Part shown: positions 1-9,399 of the stretch, one piece after another | Layout of the letters: each line of letters begins with the position of its first letter | Position numbering within the stretch: position 1 is the first letter of the stretch | Source: Promethearchaeia archaeon | Lineage (GTDB): Archaea > Asgardarchaeota > Lokiarchaeia > Sigyniarchaeales > SOKP01 | Assembly: GCA_029856445.1 (NCBI GenBank) | Contig: JAHQWY010000003.1 | Span: 1 to 34,430 of the forward strand | Direction: 5' to 3' | Length of the DNA stretch: 34,430 nt | Made by a program: the position numbers and the translations under genes | The notes under the pieces: model-generated | Databases searched by the model: none | What the model was told of the DNA's origin: nothing | The model's input: the letters and a program-made list of their open reading frames with translations, nothing else

Positions 1-32
1 TTCTAATATTAGTTTAAGATTTCATTATACGA

Positions 33-40
33 TTTATAAA
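33..40 (+). promoter_or_regulatory. putative TATA box of the tRNA-Glu gene
   Basis: TTTATAAA ending 35 nt before the tRNA 5' end; AT-rich background lowers specificity. Confidence 0.4.
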
Positions 41-74
41 AAAAACCGATTATGGAAACTCTTATAATAAATCC

Positions 75-177
75 GCTCCTATAGTGTAGTCCGGCCAAGC
101 AGTATTTATTATTTGAATATATACTTGAATGCTAGGCTTTCACCCTGGTGACCCGGGTTCAAATCCCGGTAGGAGCA
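75..177 (+). tRNA. tRNA-Glu(TTC) with a 28-nt intron at 24/25 (102-129)
   Basis: Acceptor GCTCCTA/TAGGAGC; anticodon arm CTAGG-CTTTCAC-CCTGG; T arm CCGGG-TTCAAAT-CCCGG; BHB with helix CAAG/CTTG and bulges CAG and AAT; CCA not encoded. Confidence 0.95.
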
Positions 178-268
178 CTATTTTATATAGAAAGTGTATT
201 TTTATAATGTTCATAAACTATATGTTATCTACAAATCTTAATAAAACAAAATTTTAAGGGAAAAAATG

Positions 269-373
269 CGCCCCCGGCATGGTTTTCTTCTTGTTTAGAG
301 GTTGAACAAAGAAATCGAACATGCGACCGCTCGGTTAACAGCCGAGTGCTCTACCTAGCTGAGCTACGGAGGC
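269..373 (-). tRNA. tRNA-Asn(GTT) with a 31-nt T-loop intron at 59/60 (283-313)
   Basis: Minus strand GCCTCCGTAGCTCAG...CTCGG-CTGTTAA-CCGAG...GCATG-TTCGAT|C-CATGC-CGGGGGC-G; the intron folds into a hairpin; relaxed BHB with one G-A mismatch in the central helix. Confidence 0.93.
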
Positions 374-472
374 TCAATTATTACCTTTTTTCGATATATA
401 ATTTTATTAAATATAATATTTAGCTTTTTCTTTATTACTTTACAAATTAGACATATTATGATTCTCTATATT

Positions 473-997
473 CTAACTCTGAGTTGCATAATATATTAGC
501 CATTTTGCCATGGCCTGGAAGGATTCATTTATATTTATATTTTCTTTCGAGGAACAGAATACACACTGGTTACATTTCGCTCTAATAGCATAATCATTAG
601 CAACTTCAAATTCCACTTCATGATCTTGGAGGTCCCATTTCATCCCCAATAGAATTATTGGGATGAATCCTGCTTTTTGACGTATGATCTTAAGCCATTC
701 TGGTATTTCTCTAAAAGTATCATAATCACTTATATCAAAACAAATAAAAGCGCCACTTGCTCCCTTACAATAATCAGGTAGGAGCTCACGAAAACGTTTT
801 TCACCCGCGAAATCCCATAATTGCATTTTAACTGCTTCTTTTGTGTCAAGAATTTCAGATTTGGTATGAAATCCTGCTCCTATTGTCATTTTATAACCTT
901 CTTCGAATTTACCTGTACAATATCGAGTAATCATTGCTGTTTTTCCTACTCCCCCCGCTCCTGCAACAATAACTTTAAATATCCATGAACTTTGCAT
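473..997 (-). CDS. Ras-superfamily (Rab-like) small GTPase
   Basis: G1 GAGGVGKT, G2 MTIG, G3 WDFAGE, G4 GMKWD, G5 CSSK; 174 aa; no C-terminal prenylation motif. Confidence 0.93.
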   Translation of the reverse strand: MQSSWIFKVIVAGAGGVGKTAMITRYCTGKFEEGYKMTIGAGFHTKSEILDTKEAVKMQLWDFAGEKRFRELLPDYCKGASGAFICFDISDYDTFREIPEWLKIIRQKAGFIPIILLGMKWDLQDHEVEFEVANDYAIRAKCNQCVFCSSKENININESFQAMAKWLIYYATQS

Positions 998-1287
998 TTT
1001 AGTTAATCACAGAAATATCACGTCATAAAGAATTAGCTTATTGATAAATAATAAAAATTTAGCCTTAAATATTTTTTTGAAAGTATTCGCATTGAAAAAA
1101 TCCAAAATAAAATTACATAAGATTGATCTAAAAAAAAACCTAATTTTTTAATGGTTTGAAGATTATAAATGAATTTACAGACACTGTTTTTAAATAACAT
1201 AAAGATATAAGCTAAAATAAAAAAGATTTTTATAAGATTTTGTTCTATTATTTTTTAGTACTGAATTTAATAAGTTTTAATTAAGAA

Positions 1288-1297
1288 AGGTTGTGAT
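1288..1297 (+). promoter_or_regulatory. Shine-Dalgarno-like motif of the aIF1 gene
   Basis: AGGTTGTGAT matches AGGAGGTGAT at 8/10 positions and ends 8 nt before ATT at 1306. Confidence 0.6.
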
Positions 1298-1305
1298 AAG
1301 AGAGT

Positions 1306-1626
1306 ATTAAAGACGACGACATTTGTCCATTATGTAGCTTTCCAAAAGAACTCTGTATTTGTGATAGTTTAAGTGCTGATGAACAACAAATAGTTATTTC
1401 TAACGATAGAAGAAAATGGGGGAGAGTTGTAACTGTAATTACTTTTGTTGGAGATTTTGATGTAAATTTAAAAAATATATTAACAAAAGCAAAAAAAAAA
1501 TGTGCTTCTGGGGGAACTGTAAGAGACAACGGTGTTGAGCTTCAAGGAGATCATCGCTTTAAAATGAAAAAATTATTAATCGATTTAGGGTTTCCTGAAG
1601 AAAATATTCTTATCCAAGGATCATAA
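1306..1626 (+). CDS. sui1: translation initiation factor aIF1/SUI1, probable ATT start (absent from ORF track)
   Basis: Hand translation: IKDDDICPLCSFPKELCICDSLSADEQQIVISNDRRKWGRVVTVITF...KKKCASGGTVRDNGVELQGDHRFKMKKLLIDLGF...IQGS*; CxxC-PKELCxC, GGTV and ELQGDHR are archaeal SUI1 motifs; in-frame TGA TAA at 1294-1299. Confidence 0.92.
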   Translation: MKDDDICPLCSFPKELCICDSLSADEQQIVISNDRRKWGRVVTVITFVGDFDVNLKNILTKAKKKCASGGTVRDNGVELQGDHRFKMKKLLIDLGFPEENILIQGS

Positions 1627-1703
1627 TTAACACAGTATTATTTTAAGAAAGCTATATATTAACGATTTATATATCTAAAACAAATTTTATTTTAGTAGGT
1701 TTT

Positions 1704-2144
1704 ATGGATTCAATAATTTATAAAGTAATTTTTAAAGCAATTCAGTATATGGAAAATAAAAATCTTACTTTAAATTTTAAGAATCTTGGTTTTAAAAAAC
1801 CAATCATTGTACCTTCTAGGTTTCTTCAGGAACTAAAAATCTTGAGTGAAAAATCTGAAAATATATTAATTTTTCAAAATATTGAAGAAGTTATAACAGT
1901 AGGAAATATTAACTCTAATGTAAATTATAATTACTACTTGATTATCTTATTTACGTTAAAATCAGGGAAAGACAAATACGGATATTTAATTGGAAATGTT
2001 AAAAATCTAGGTGATATAACTATAGGAATTTGGCCATTTAATCGAGAGGTTTCAGAATTAACTCCTGAAATTATTATTGAAAACTACAACAATATCATTA
2101 ACAATCCTAGTGACTATAGTAAAATTTGTCTTATTTCTCAATAA
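1704..2144 (+). CDS. hypothetical protein
   Basis: 146-aa ORF filling the gap between genes; no motif recognised. Confidence 0.65.
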   Translation: MDSIIYKVIFKAIQYMENKNLTLNFKNLGFKKPIIVPSRFLQELKILSEKSENILIFQNIEEVITVGNINSNVNYNYYLIILFTLKSGKDKYGYLIGNVKNLGDITIGIWPFNREVSELTPEIIIENYNNIINNPSDYSKICLISQ

Positions 2145-2173
2145 ATAAATTTGTTTTCTCAATCAGGTTTACA

Positions 2174-3112
2174 TTAAAATTTAAAACTAGGATCATGCTC
2201 TAATAAAAAATTTTTTAATTGACTTTTAATCGGCATCCCTGTTCTGGCTCCTAATTTCTGGATTTTTAAAGAGGCTGCAGCATTTGCATATTTGACTGAC
2301 TTTTCTAAATCCCATTTATGAATCCAATAAGCTACAGAAAAAGCACCATTAAATGTATCACCTGCCCCTGTTGTATCGATAATATCATCAACCTCAAATG
2401 TAGGCACTTCTTTCTGAAAATTTTCTGTAGTAACCAGTGCTCCCTTATTTCCTAAAGTTATGATGACAATAGGAATCCCTCTATTGATCAATTCATTAGC
2501 TGATTCTCTAGGGGTTTCACAATCTGTTATACTTTTAGCACCTTCAGCATTAGGAATTAGAACATCCGCATTCAATAAAATATGCTTTAAATTATTCCAT
2601 CCCTTTTGGGCAATTTGAGATTCCAAATCAATACTAATATTTACATCATATTCTTTTGCAATATTAATAGCTTTCTCTGCTATTTTAGAATGAATTATTG
2701 TAGTATGCAAAAGTTTTGATTTAGCAATATAGGATTCTGGTAAATCTGATAATGTTAACTTAGTAATTTGCATATGAGGTGATTGAATTATCGTTTTTTC
2801 ACCATTACAAATAAAAATAAAATTTACTGGAGTTTGTAATCCTGATTTCTTTAATGTAAATAATATATCCACTTTTTCTTTCTTAAAATCTTCTATTAAG
2901 AAATCTCCATAATGATCATTTCCAACAGCTCCAATAAAACCACAACTAACCCCTAAACGTGAAACTGCAACTAAATAATTTGCTGTTACGCCACCTGGAA
3001 AATAATGTTCACTTAAAGCATCTATTTTTTCATCTGGTTTAGGGAAATGTGGAATTTTGGAGACCCAATCAATGACAACTTCACCCAATCCAACTATATC
3101 TACTTTATTCAT
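2174..3112 (-). CDS. PfkB/ribokinase-family carbohydrate kinase
   Basis: N-terminal PGGVTAN and GAVGNDHYG; C-terminal DTTGAGDTFNG signature. Confidence 0.93.
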   Translation of the reverse strand: MNKVDIVGLGEVVIDWVSKIPHFPKPDEKIDALSEHYFPGGVTANYLVAVSRLGVSCGFIGAVGNDHYGDFLIEDFKKEKVDILFTLKKSGLQTPVNFIFICNGEKTIIQSPHMQITKLTLSDLPESYIAKSKLLHTTIIHSKIAEKAINIAKEYDVNISIDLESQIAQKGWNNLKHILLNADVLIPNAEGAKSITDCETPRESANELINRGIPIVIITLGNKGALVTTENFQKEVPTFEVDDIIDTTGAGDTFNGAFSVAYWIHKWDLEKSVKYANAAASLKIQKLGARTGMPIKSQLKNFLLEHDPSFKF

Positions 3113-3190
3113 AGGTCGATCAAAGTATAATATGAATAAAAGAATAATTAAGATATTTTATTAATGAGAAATGTGAATATTATAAAAATC

Positions 3191-4915
3191 CTAAGTTTCT
3201 ATAGTTTTCATTACTCTTTCTAATTCTTCATCAATGTCTAAATATTTGAAATCATACACCGAAATTTCATAAGAACTAGAATATTCACTAAATTTAGCTT
3301 TTCCCTTTATTATTATATCCTTACCTAGGAATTCAGAGGATTTTGTTTCTAAAAATTTTTCAAAATCTGGTGTTTCTCTAATTTGGACAAGTTTATTTGT
3401 TTCAACACCAAGAAGCTTCTCAGCTTTTTCTCCCATAAAGGTTGTTCTGATTGATCCATTACCATCATCGATTGTAAGATTAGTAATCATTCGAAATTCT
3501 GTTGTCTCTCTCGTGTCACAATCACAATTCTCTAGTTTTTTCATACATTTTGGACACGCTTCATAAATTGTTATGTTGTTAAGATCTCTAGCAATATAAC
3601 CCTTAATTTCTACAACCCCCGGGTTATTAATCGAATCAATTTTTATATAATTACCAGAAAAGGAAGTACCTTGACTTATTTTAGAAAAATCCATGATCTT
3701 GAGGTTTTCTATTTCTAAATCAATTAGATCTAGGGTAGAATCACTTATTGTAGAGATCTCATTTCTTTGGGAAAAGTTATTAAACCTTAATGAGACATTT
3801 TTTAACAACAATCCTTGACCGATTGATAATTTAGTTGAAAAATCTTCTGCCATATCTCGCCATAAGGTTACTCTAATCCAATTAGTATTATCACTAACAA
3901 TAAATCCTAATAAAGAAAGAATTTCACCCGATTTTGAAGTAATTTCTTTTAAATCATCAAGCGAAGTTATCACTCCTTTAAATGAGACAATACCATTAAT
4001 TTCTTGAAGTTTGTTAATATTCTTTACTAACCCTACTTCTATTTGAATGTCCTTTTGGATCTTTTTTATGATTGAGTATTTGGATGCATATAGATCAATA
4101 GTTCTAGAATCTAAAGAATTTAATCTTGGATTTAAATTTGAAATTGATATAACATCATTTACCTTTATAGATTCTAATTTTGTCGTGTCATCATTCCAAA
4201 ATGTTATTCGAATTGATCCTGTTGTATCTAATAAAGATAGGGAACTAACTTTTCCTAGTTCTCCATTTTTTCTCGTAAATTCCTTTATAGGTGATATTTG
4301 GATAACTTTTCCTTCCAATGATATTGACTTAAGATTTAAATTAACATCTTTGATATTTGTTAATTTAAATTTAATTTTAGGATATTTTTTATAATCTACA
4401 TCGTTAGGGGACAGGATAACTCCTCCGAATTTTCCTATATGAATTTCTTTATCTTCAAATTTTCCTTTTCTTACAGTTCCATTTACAATTTTAACCAATT
4501 CATTTTGTTGAAAATTATCTTTGTTAAATAAATCAACATGATCATCCCATAAGACAATTCGAATATCTCCTGTTGTATCATGTAATAGGAAAGACCCTAC
4601 ATAGCCAGTTCCTCCATCAACTTTATTAAATTTGTTTGCGTTATAAATTTCTTTTATTCTACCAATAATATTAATATTTTTCATATTGAATGTAATATCT
4701 GATATGAATATTTCAATATCATTCATTAAATCTTTATTTTCCTCTTTTACGTCAACGCCTAGCTCTCTAGCTATAACGAATAAGGCTCCTTCTTCTGAGA
4801 TTAAACCTTTTAATTCCTTCTTTTTATCTTCAACCATATCTTGTATTTCTTTTCTTGTTAAACCTGTACTTTCGATTATTTTATTAATATACGCCTCAGT
4901 TTTCATTTCGCTCAT
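3191..4915 (-). CDS. replication protein A large subunit (multiple OB folds plus Zn finger)
   Basis: Repeated OB motifs DTTGDIRIVLW, DTTGSIRITFW, DNTNWIRVTLW, DDGNGSIRTTFMG; YEACPKC...CDC Zn site in the last OB fold. Confidence 0.9.
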   Translation of the reverse strand: MSEMKTEAYINKIIESTGLTRKEIQDMVEDKKKELKGLISEEGALFVIARELGVDVKEENKDLMNDIEIFISDITFNMKNINIIGRIKEIYNANKFNKVDGGTGYVGSFLLHDTTGDIRIVLWDDHVDLFNKDNFQQNELVKIVNGTVRKGKFEDKEIHIGKFGGVILSPNDVDYKKYPKIKFKLTNIKDVNLNLKSISLEGKVIQISPIKEFTRKNGELGKVSSLSLLDTTGSIRITFWNDDTTKLESIKVNDVISISNLNPRLNSLDSRTIDLYASKYSIIKKIQKDIQIEVGLVKNINKLQEINGIVSFKGVITSLDDLKEITSKSGEILSLLGFIVSDNTNWIRVTLWRDMAEDFSTKLSIGQGLLLKNVSLRFNNFSQRNEISTISDSTLDLIDLEIENLKIMDFSKISQGTSFSGNYIKIDSINNPGVVEIKGYIARDLNNITIYEACPKCMKKLENCDCDTRETTEFRMITNLTIDDGNGSIRTTFMGEKAEKLLGVETNKLVQIRETPDFEKFLETKSSEFLGKDIIIKGKAKFSEYSSSYEISVYDFKYLDIDEELERVMKTIET

Positions 4916-5120
4916 AATATAAAAATTTACCTTTTAAAATTATTTCATCAACTATTATTTAAAAAAAAAATTATTTATTTGTTAATTAAAATCTAATTCT
5001 TTTAAAATTAGAGAGTATTAAATAAAGGTAATTTTTCAAGAATGGATTGATGCATAAATCTAATAATAACAGTTATAGTCAAAGCAAATTTAAAAACCAA
5101 ATAATATCTCGAGGGGACAT

Positions 5121-5861
5121 ATGAGGAAATTTAAAGTTATACCTGTATTAGATATATTAAATTCGGAAGCAGTACATGCTGTTAAAGGCGAAAGAGCTAG
5201 ATATAAACCTCTGAAATCAAAATTATTTAATTCAACCAACCCGATAGAAATATTGAAAGTTCTTAAGCATATTTATAAATTCAATGAATTTTATATAGCA
5301 GATCTAGATGCCATAACTCGTAAAAAACCTAATTTTGAACTATTAGCGGATCTCTTAAAGATCTCGAGAATACATATCTTAATTGATCCTGGAATAGTTG
5401 ATGTAAAAGACATTCAACAATTTTCTCAATATGAAATTAAAAAATTAATAATTGGGTTGGAGACAATCCAAAGTTTGGGAGTTGTAGAAAAGGCTTTAGA
5501 TATATTGGGTAAAAAAAATCTGATTATAAGTATAGATATGTATAAAGGAGAAATACTAACTAAAGCTAAGGGATTGATCAATAAATCTTCTTTAGAAATA
5601 ATTAATAGAGTCGAATCAATGGGTATTAAAGAGTTAATCCTTTTAGATTTATATAGGGTAGGGCAAAAAATTGGTGGTATCCCTCAACAATATTTTGAGA
5701 TTCAAGAATCTTTCGATGGAGACATCTATGTGGGTGGTGGAATTAAAGATTACAAAGATATTTTAAGCTATAAACAAAATAACTTCGCAGGGATATTAAT
5801 TGCAACTGCTCTTTATGACGGTACAATAGATATTGAAAAAGTAAGAAAAATTAGTTTTTAA
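5121..5861 (+). CDS. HisA/HisF-related TIM-barrel protein (type associated with C1-cofactor genes)
   Basis: VIPVLD...AVHAVKGERARYKPL, YIADLDAI, LLDLYRVG, YVGGGI; close to mfnB. Confidence 0.8.
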   Translation: MRKFKVIPVLDILNSEAVHAVKGERARYKPLKSKLFNSTNPIEILKVLKHIYKFNEFYIADLDAITRKKPNFELLADLLKISRIHILIDPGIVDVKDIQQFSQYEIKKLIIGLETIQSLGVVEKALDILGKKNLIISIDMYKGEILTKAKGLINKSSLEIINRVESMGIKELILLDLYRVGQKIGGIPQQYFEIQESFDGDIYVGGGIKDYKDILSYKQNNFAGILIATALYDGTIDIEKVRKISF

Positions 5862-5867
5862 ATAGTT

Positions 5868-6395
5868 TTACTCAATAAAAATTACTCCTGTACTAGAGAC
5901 ATTTAAAGATTTTTTACAAACTGGGCATGTGTGCTTCATCCTTACCCAATCTGTCAAATGATCTTTATGTGCTTTTGCTTCACATATGGGACATCCAGTC
6001 ACTTCATCAAAAATTTCAATATTTTTACCGCATACGGAGCATTTAGTTTTTGAAGCAGTTGATACTTTAATTATATCTTTTTTAACATCTAATATTACTT
6101 TTTCAGTATTTTCAGCTGTTGGATTAATTTGTTTTAATTCATCTTTCGTATCAACACAAAATATTGATCCCTCTGTATCATCTTTTTTATTACCTATCCA
6201 GACAACCTTTCCTTTGAAATAGCTAGAACCCTCGTGTTCTAATGCTAGGTTTAGCCTTCGATCTTCCATAACGTAAGTCTGTATAACTTTTGTATATTTA
6301 AGATCCATAATGTCAGATAATTGGCTAATTACCTCTTTTGGTTCTTTAAATACTTCATTAGTAATATCTACTTTTGTAAATTCTTTAGGAGACAT
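5868..6395 (-). CDS. protein with a C-terminal RING-like Zn finger
   Basis: CSVC-x12-CPIC-x4-H-x2-H-x3-W-x6-CPVC. Confidence 0.8.
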   Translation of the reverse strand: MSPKEFTKVDITNEVFKEPKEVISQLSDIMDLKYTKVIQTYVMEDRRLNLALEHEGSSYFKGKVVWIGNKKDDTEGSIFCVDTKDELKQINPTAENTEKVILDVKKDIIKVSTASKTKCSVCGKNIEIFDEVTGCPICEAKAHKDHLTDWVRMKHTCPVCKKSLNVSSTGVIFIE

Positions 6396-6722
6396 TATAA
6401 CCCAATATTCTTTTTTTTATATTTAATAACAATGATTTAATTTAAATTTTTATATATATCTGTTCTAAAAGAAAGTTTGAAGACCTTTAAATAGAGCGGT
6501 TAAAAAATTACAAATCCAAATTAGTATTGAATAATTAGAGAGATTCTAATATTTCTAATGTGATCATATAAAAAACTCTTTAATTTATTATAGAATCCCC
6601 ACTCAGTTAATAGTTGTTAATCTTTTAAGACTATTAATAAAAACGTCTTGAATTTTAAATTAGGTTCTCAATGTTAGTCTCAAATAAATTTTTTAATATT
6701 TTTAAATTATATATGATAAGAA

Positions 6723-7457
6723 ATGAGCAAAAAAATTAAGCTTTTAATAAGCCCTAAAACAATTGAAGAAGCTAAGACTGTGATTTTAGCAAATGTTGAT
6801 TTTATTGATTGTAAAAATCCTGAAGAAGGTTCTCTTGGCGCGAATTTTCCTTGGATTATCAAAGAAATGAAAAATTTAATCCCTACCAATAGTACTCAAC
6901 TCTTGAGTGCAACTATTGGAGACTTTCCTAATTTACCTGGTTCTGCTTCTTTAGCAGCTTTAGGGGCAGCAGCATCTGGTGCTGATATAATTAAAGTAGG
7001 GTTAAAAGGTCCAAAAACCATTGAAGAGGGGGTAAAATTAATGAAATGTGTTGTAAGAGCAGTAAAAAACTATAATAGAGATATTATAGTTGTAACTGCT
7101 GGATATGGAGACTATTTACGAATGGATGGAGGACTAGACTTCTTATCAATTCCTATAATTGCAGCTGGAGCTGGAGCTGATATAGCTATGCTTGATACGT
7201 ATATCAAAGATAATAAAGGATTATTTGATTTTTTGAATGTTAGTGAATTGATTGAATTTAAAAATAAAGCTAATCAATTAAATTTAAAAGTCGCTTTAGC
7301 AGGGAATTTAAAGGAAAATGTTCTGCCTAAGATTAGGAAAGTTAATCCAGACATAATTGGTGTTCGGAGTATGGTATGTGAGGGATATGACAGAAACCAA
7401 GGTAGTATAAGGTTAGATCTCATTGAAAATTTAAAATCCCATTTATACAACCTATAA
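6723..7457 (+). CDS. mfnB: (5-formylfuran-3-yl)methyl phosphate synthase (methanofuran biosynthesis)
   Basis: LLISP, IDCKNPEEGSLGANFPW, SATIGD, IKVGL, MLDTYIKD, ALAG, IIGVR. Confidence 0.92.
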   Translation: MSKKIKLLISPKTIEEAKTVILANVDFIDCKNPEEGSLGANFPWIIKEMKNLIPTNSTQLLSATIGDFPNLPGSASLAALGAAASGADIIKVGLKGPKTIEEGVKLMKCVVRAVKNYNRDIIVVTAGYGDYLRMDGGLDFLSIPIIAAGAGADIAMLDTYIKDNKGLFDFLNVSELIEFKNKANQLNLKVALAGNLKENVLPKIRKVNPDIIGVRSMVCEGYDRNQGSIRLDLIENLKSHLYNL

Positions 7458-7566
7458 CACACAAGATCTTTAATATGAACTTTCATTATGATTTTAAAAA
7501 GATTTTTTAAATAGAATATACCTATGAAATATTTAATTTCTAAAGAATAAATAAAATTGATTACAT

Positions 7567-8382
7567 ATGTTTCACAAAGAACTAGGAATTATTGGTATTG
7601 GCAAAATTGGGACTGCCCTTTTGAGAGTATTAACTAATTCTAAAGCAATAGATACGGAAAAAATTATTATATATGATATCGATCAAGAACTTCTTCAAAA
7701 CAGAAGTAAAGAATTAAAAGTTGATTTTGCTGAAAGTAGTAAAACATTAGTTAAAGAAGCTAAATATATACTTATTGCTGTATTACCACAGGTAATCGAT
7801 GAGGTTTTAAAAGAAATTGGCTCATTGATTACAAGTGATCACGTAATAATTACAATTGCTGCGGGAATTTCAATAAACCATGTTAGTAAATATATCGACA
7901 AACAAGTGGGTATTATTAGAATTATGACCAATACTCCCCTATTAGTAAAAGCTGCTGCCTCAGCAATCTCATCTAATGAACATATAAAGCAACAGGAATT
8001 AGATTTTGTAAAGAGGTTGTTCAATGAACTTGGTATTATTGTAGAATTAGAGGAAAAACATTTGGATGCGGTCACAGGGTTATCAGGAAGCGGACCTGCT
8101 TATTTATTTATTATTATTGAAGCTTTAGCTGATGGGGGTGTAAAAATGGGACTACCGAGGGCAATATCGCTGAAATTAGCCGCTCAAATGGTGTTAGGTG
8201 CAGCAAAATTAGTGTTAGAGACTAATAAACATCCAGGAGAATTGAAAGATATGGTTGCAACACCGGGGGGTACAACCATTACAGCTATCCATGAAATTGA
8301 ATCCGCTAAATTAAGGGCTACACTTATAAGAGCAGTAGAAGCAGCAACATTAAAATCAAAATCTATGAATGAGAATGCTTAA
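7567..8382 (+). CDS. proC: pyrroline-5-carboxylate reductase
   Basis: IGIGKIG Rossmann motif, RIMTNTP, DAVTGLSGSGPAY, TPGGTT. Confidence 0.96.
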   Translation: MFHKELGIIGIGKIGTALLRVLTNSKAIDTEKIIIYDIDQELLQNRSKELKVDFAESSKTLVKEAKYILIAVLPQVIDEVLKEIGSLITSDHVIITIAAGISINHVSKYIDKQVGIIRIMTNTPLLVKAAASAISSNEHIKQQELDFVKRLFNELGIIVELEEKHLDAVTGLSGSGPAYLFIIIEALADGGVKMGLPRAISLKLAAQMVLGAAKLVLETNKHPGELKDMVATPGGTTITAIHEIESAKLRATLIRAVEAATLKSKSMNENA

Positions 8383-9346
8383 CTTTTTCGTCACTTACAA
8401 AACAAGGCCCTTTTCTATTAATTGATGTATTAAAAACTCTTATTTCTGGTTTGTAAGTCTCAAAAATTTCTCTAACCTCTCTTTCATTATCTTCTTTGCA
8501 AATCGCGTAAACAGATCTTCCTAATTGGTTCATGCTTGCGCCTAAAATCTTCAAATTATTTAGCTCTTTTATTAAGTCTTCGATTTTATTTAACTCAAGA
8601 ATCTTGAGCATTTCAGTTTCATCTACAAACTCAATTGAAGCTTTAATAAATGATTTTATATTTCTTTCTTTCAATAATTTTGCTTGAGCTCTTCTACCGG
8701 CTCTTTTAATTTTTAAATTTAATATTGGATCTGTTAAAATGGATTTGGTATGTATCATCCCAAAAGAACCACATACAATTTTTAAATTTGGAGGAAATTT
8801 AATACTTTCAGACACGCATGGATAACCTGGTTCTTTAAGGATACATAATCCACCACGCAATTGCCCACAAACTGTACCTAATCCCGTACGCTTTACAACC
8901 TCTGCAATGTGAGCAATTCTTCCTTTTTCAGTAATTGATAAATTTAAATTTAAAGCTTTATTCAAACCATAAATGGTACCCAATGCTCCAGAACCACTTG
9001 CTCCATATCCACATCCAACGGGTAAATCAAAATTATGAAAAATACTGATTTTTTTTGGACATGTTAATAATTTTTTAACGTTTTCATAGATATGGTATGT
9101 GGTTTCGGCCTTATCATCAACTTTTTCATTATTAATAAATACTCTTATTACATTATTTTCATGTTTTTCTAAATCTTTAATTAAAACAGTGGTTCTTCCC
9201 ACTGCACTTAAATTAAAACCAGCACCTCTTGAACCAATTCTTTCTGGATTTTTTATGCTTGTACCATCAATCTCATCAACAATTTCAAAAAAACCAGAGA
9301 TTCTATGAGGTACTTCATAAATTACTTCTCTTTTATTGGGAACCAT
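8363..9346 (-). CDS. archaeal pantoate kinase (GHMP kinase family)
   Basis: VPHRISGFF, GSRGAG, PVGCGYGASG, AHIAEV..TGLG. Confidence 0.88.
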   Translation of the reverse strand: MVPNKREVIYEVPHRISGFFEIVDEIDGTSIKNPERIGSRGAGFNLSAVGRTTVLIKDLEKHENNVIRVFINNEKVDDKAETTYHIYENVKKLLTCPKKISIFHNFDLPVGCGYGASGSGALGTIYGLNKALNLNLSITEKGRIAHIAEVVKRTGLGTVCGQLRGGLCILKEPGYPCVSESIKFPPNLKIVCGSFGMIHTKSILTDPILNLKIKRAGRRAQAKLLKERNIKSFIKASIEFVDETEMLKILELNKIEDLIKELNNLKILGASMNQLGRSVYAICKEDNEREVREIFETYKPEIRVFNTSINRKGPCFVSDEKVKHSHS

Positions 9347-9399
9347 ATATCTAAGTAAATTAATTTATTAAATCATCTATATATTATTACATAAAAATA

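Noticed and set aside
1291-1299. TTG start with TGA read as selenocysteine for aIF1
   Set aside because: TGA is followed immediately by an in-frame TAA, so readthrough cannot reach the coding region.
1491-1500. A10 run in sui1 as a slippage or frameshift site
   Set aside because: The frame is intact through the run (Ala-Lys-Lys-Lys) and A runs are common in this genome.
1281-1529. 82-aa minus-strand ORF
   Set aside because: Antisense shadow of the aIF1/SUI1 gene.
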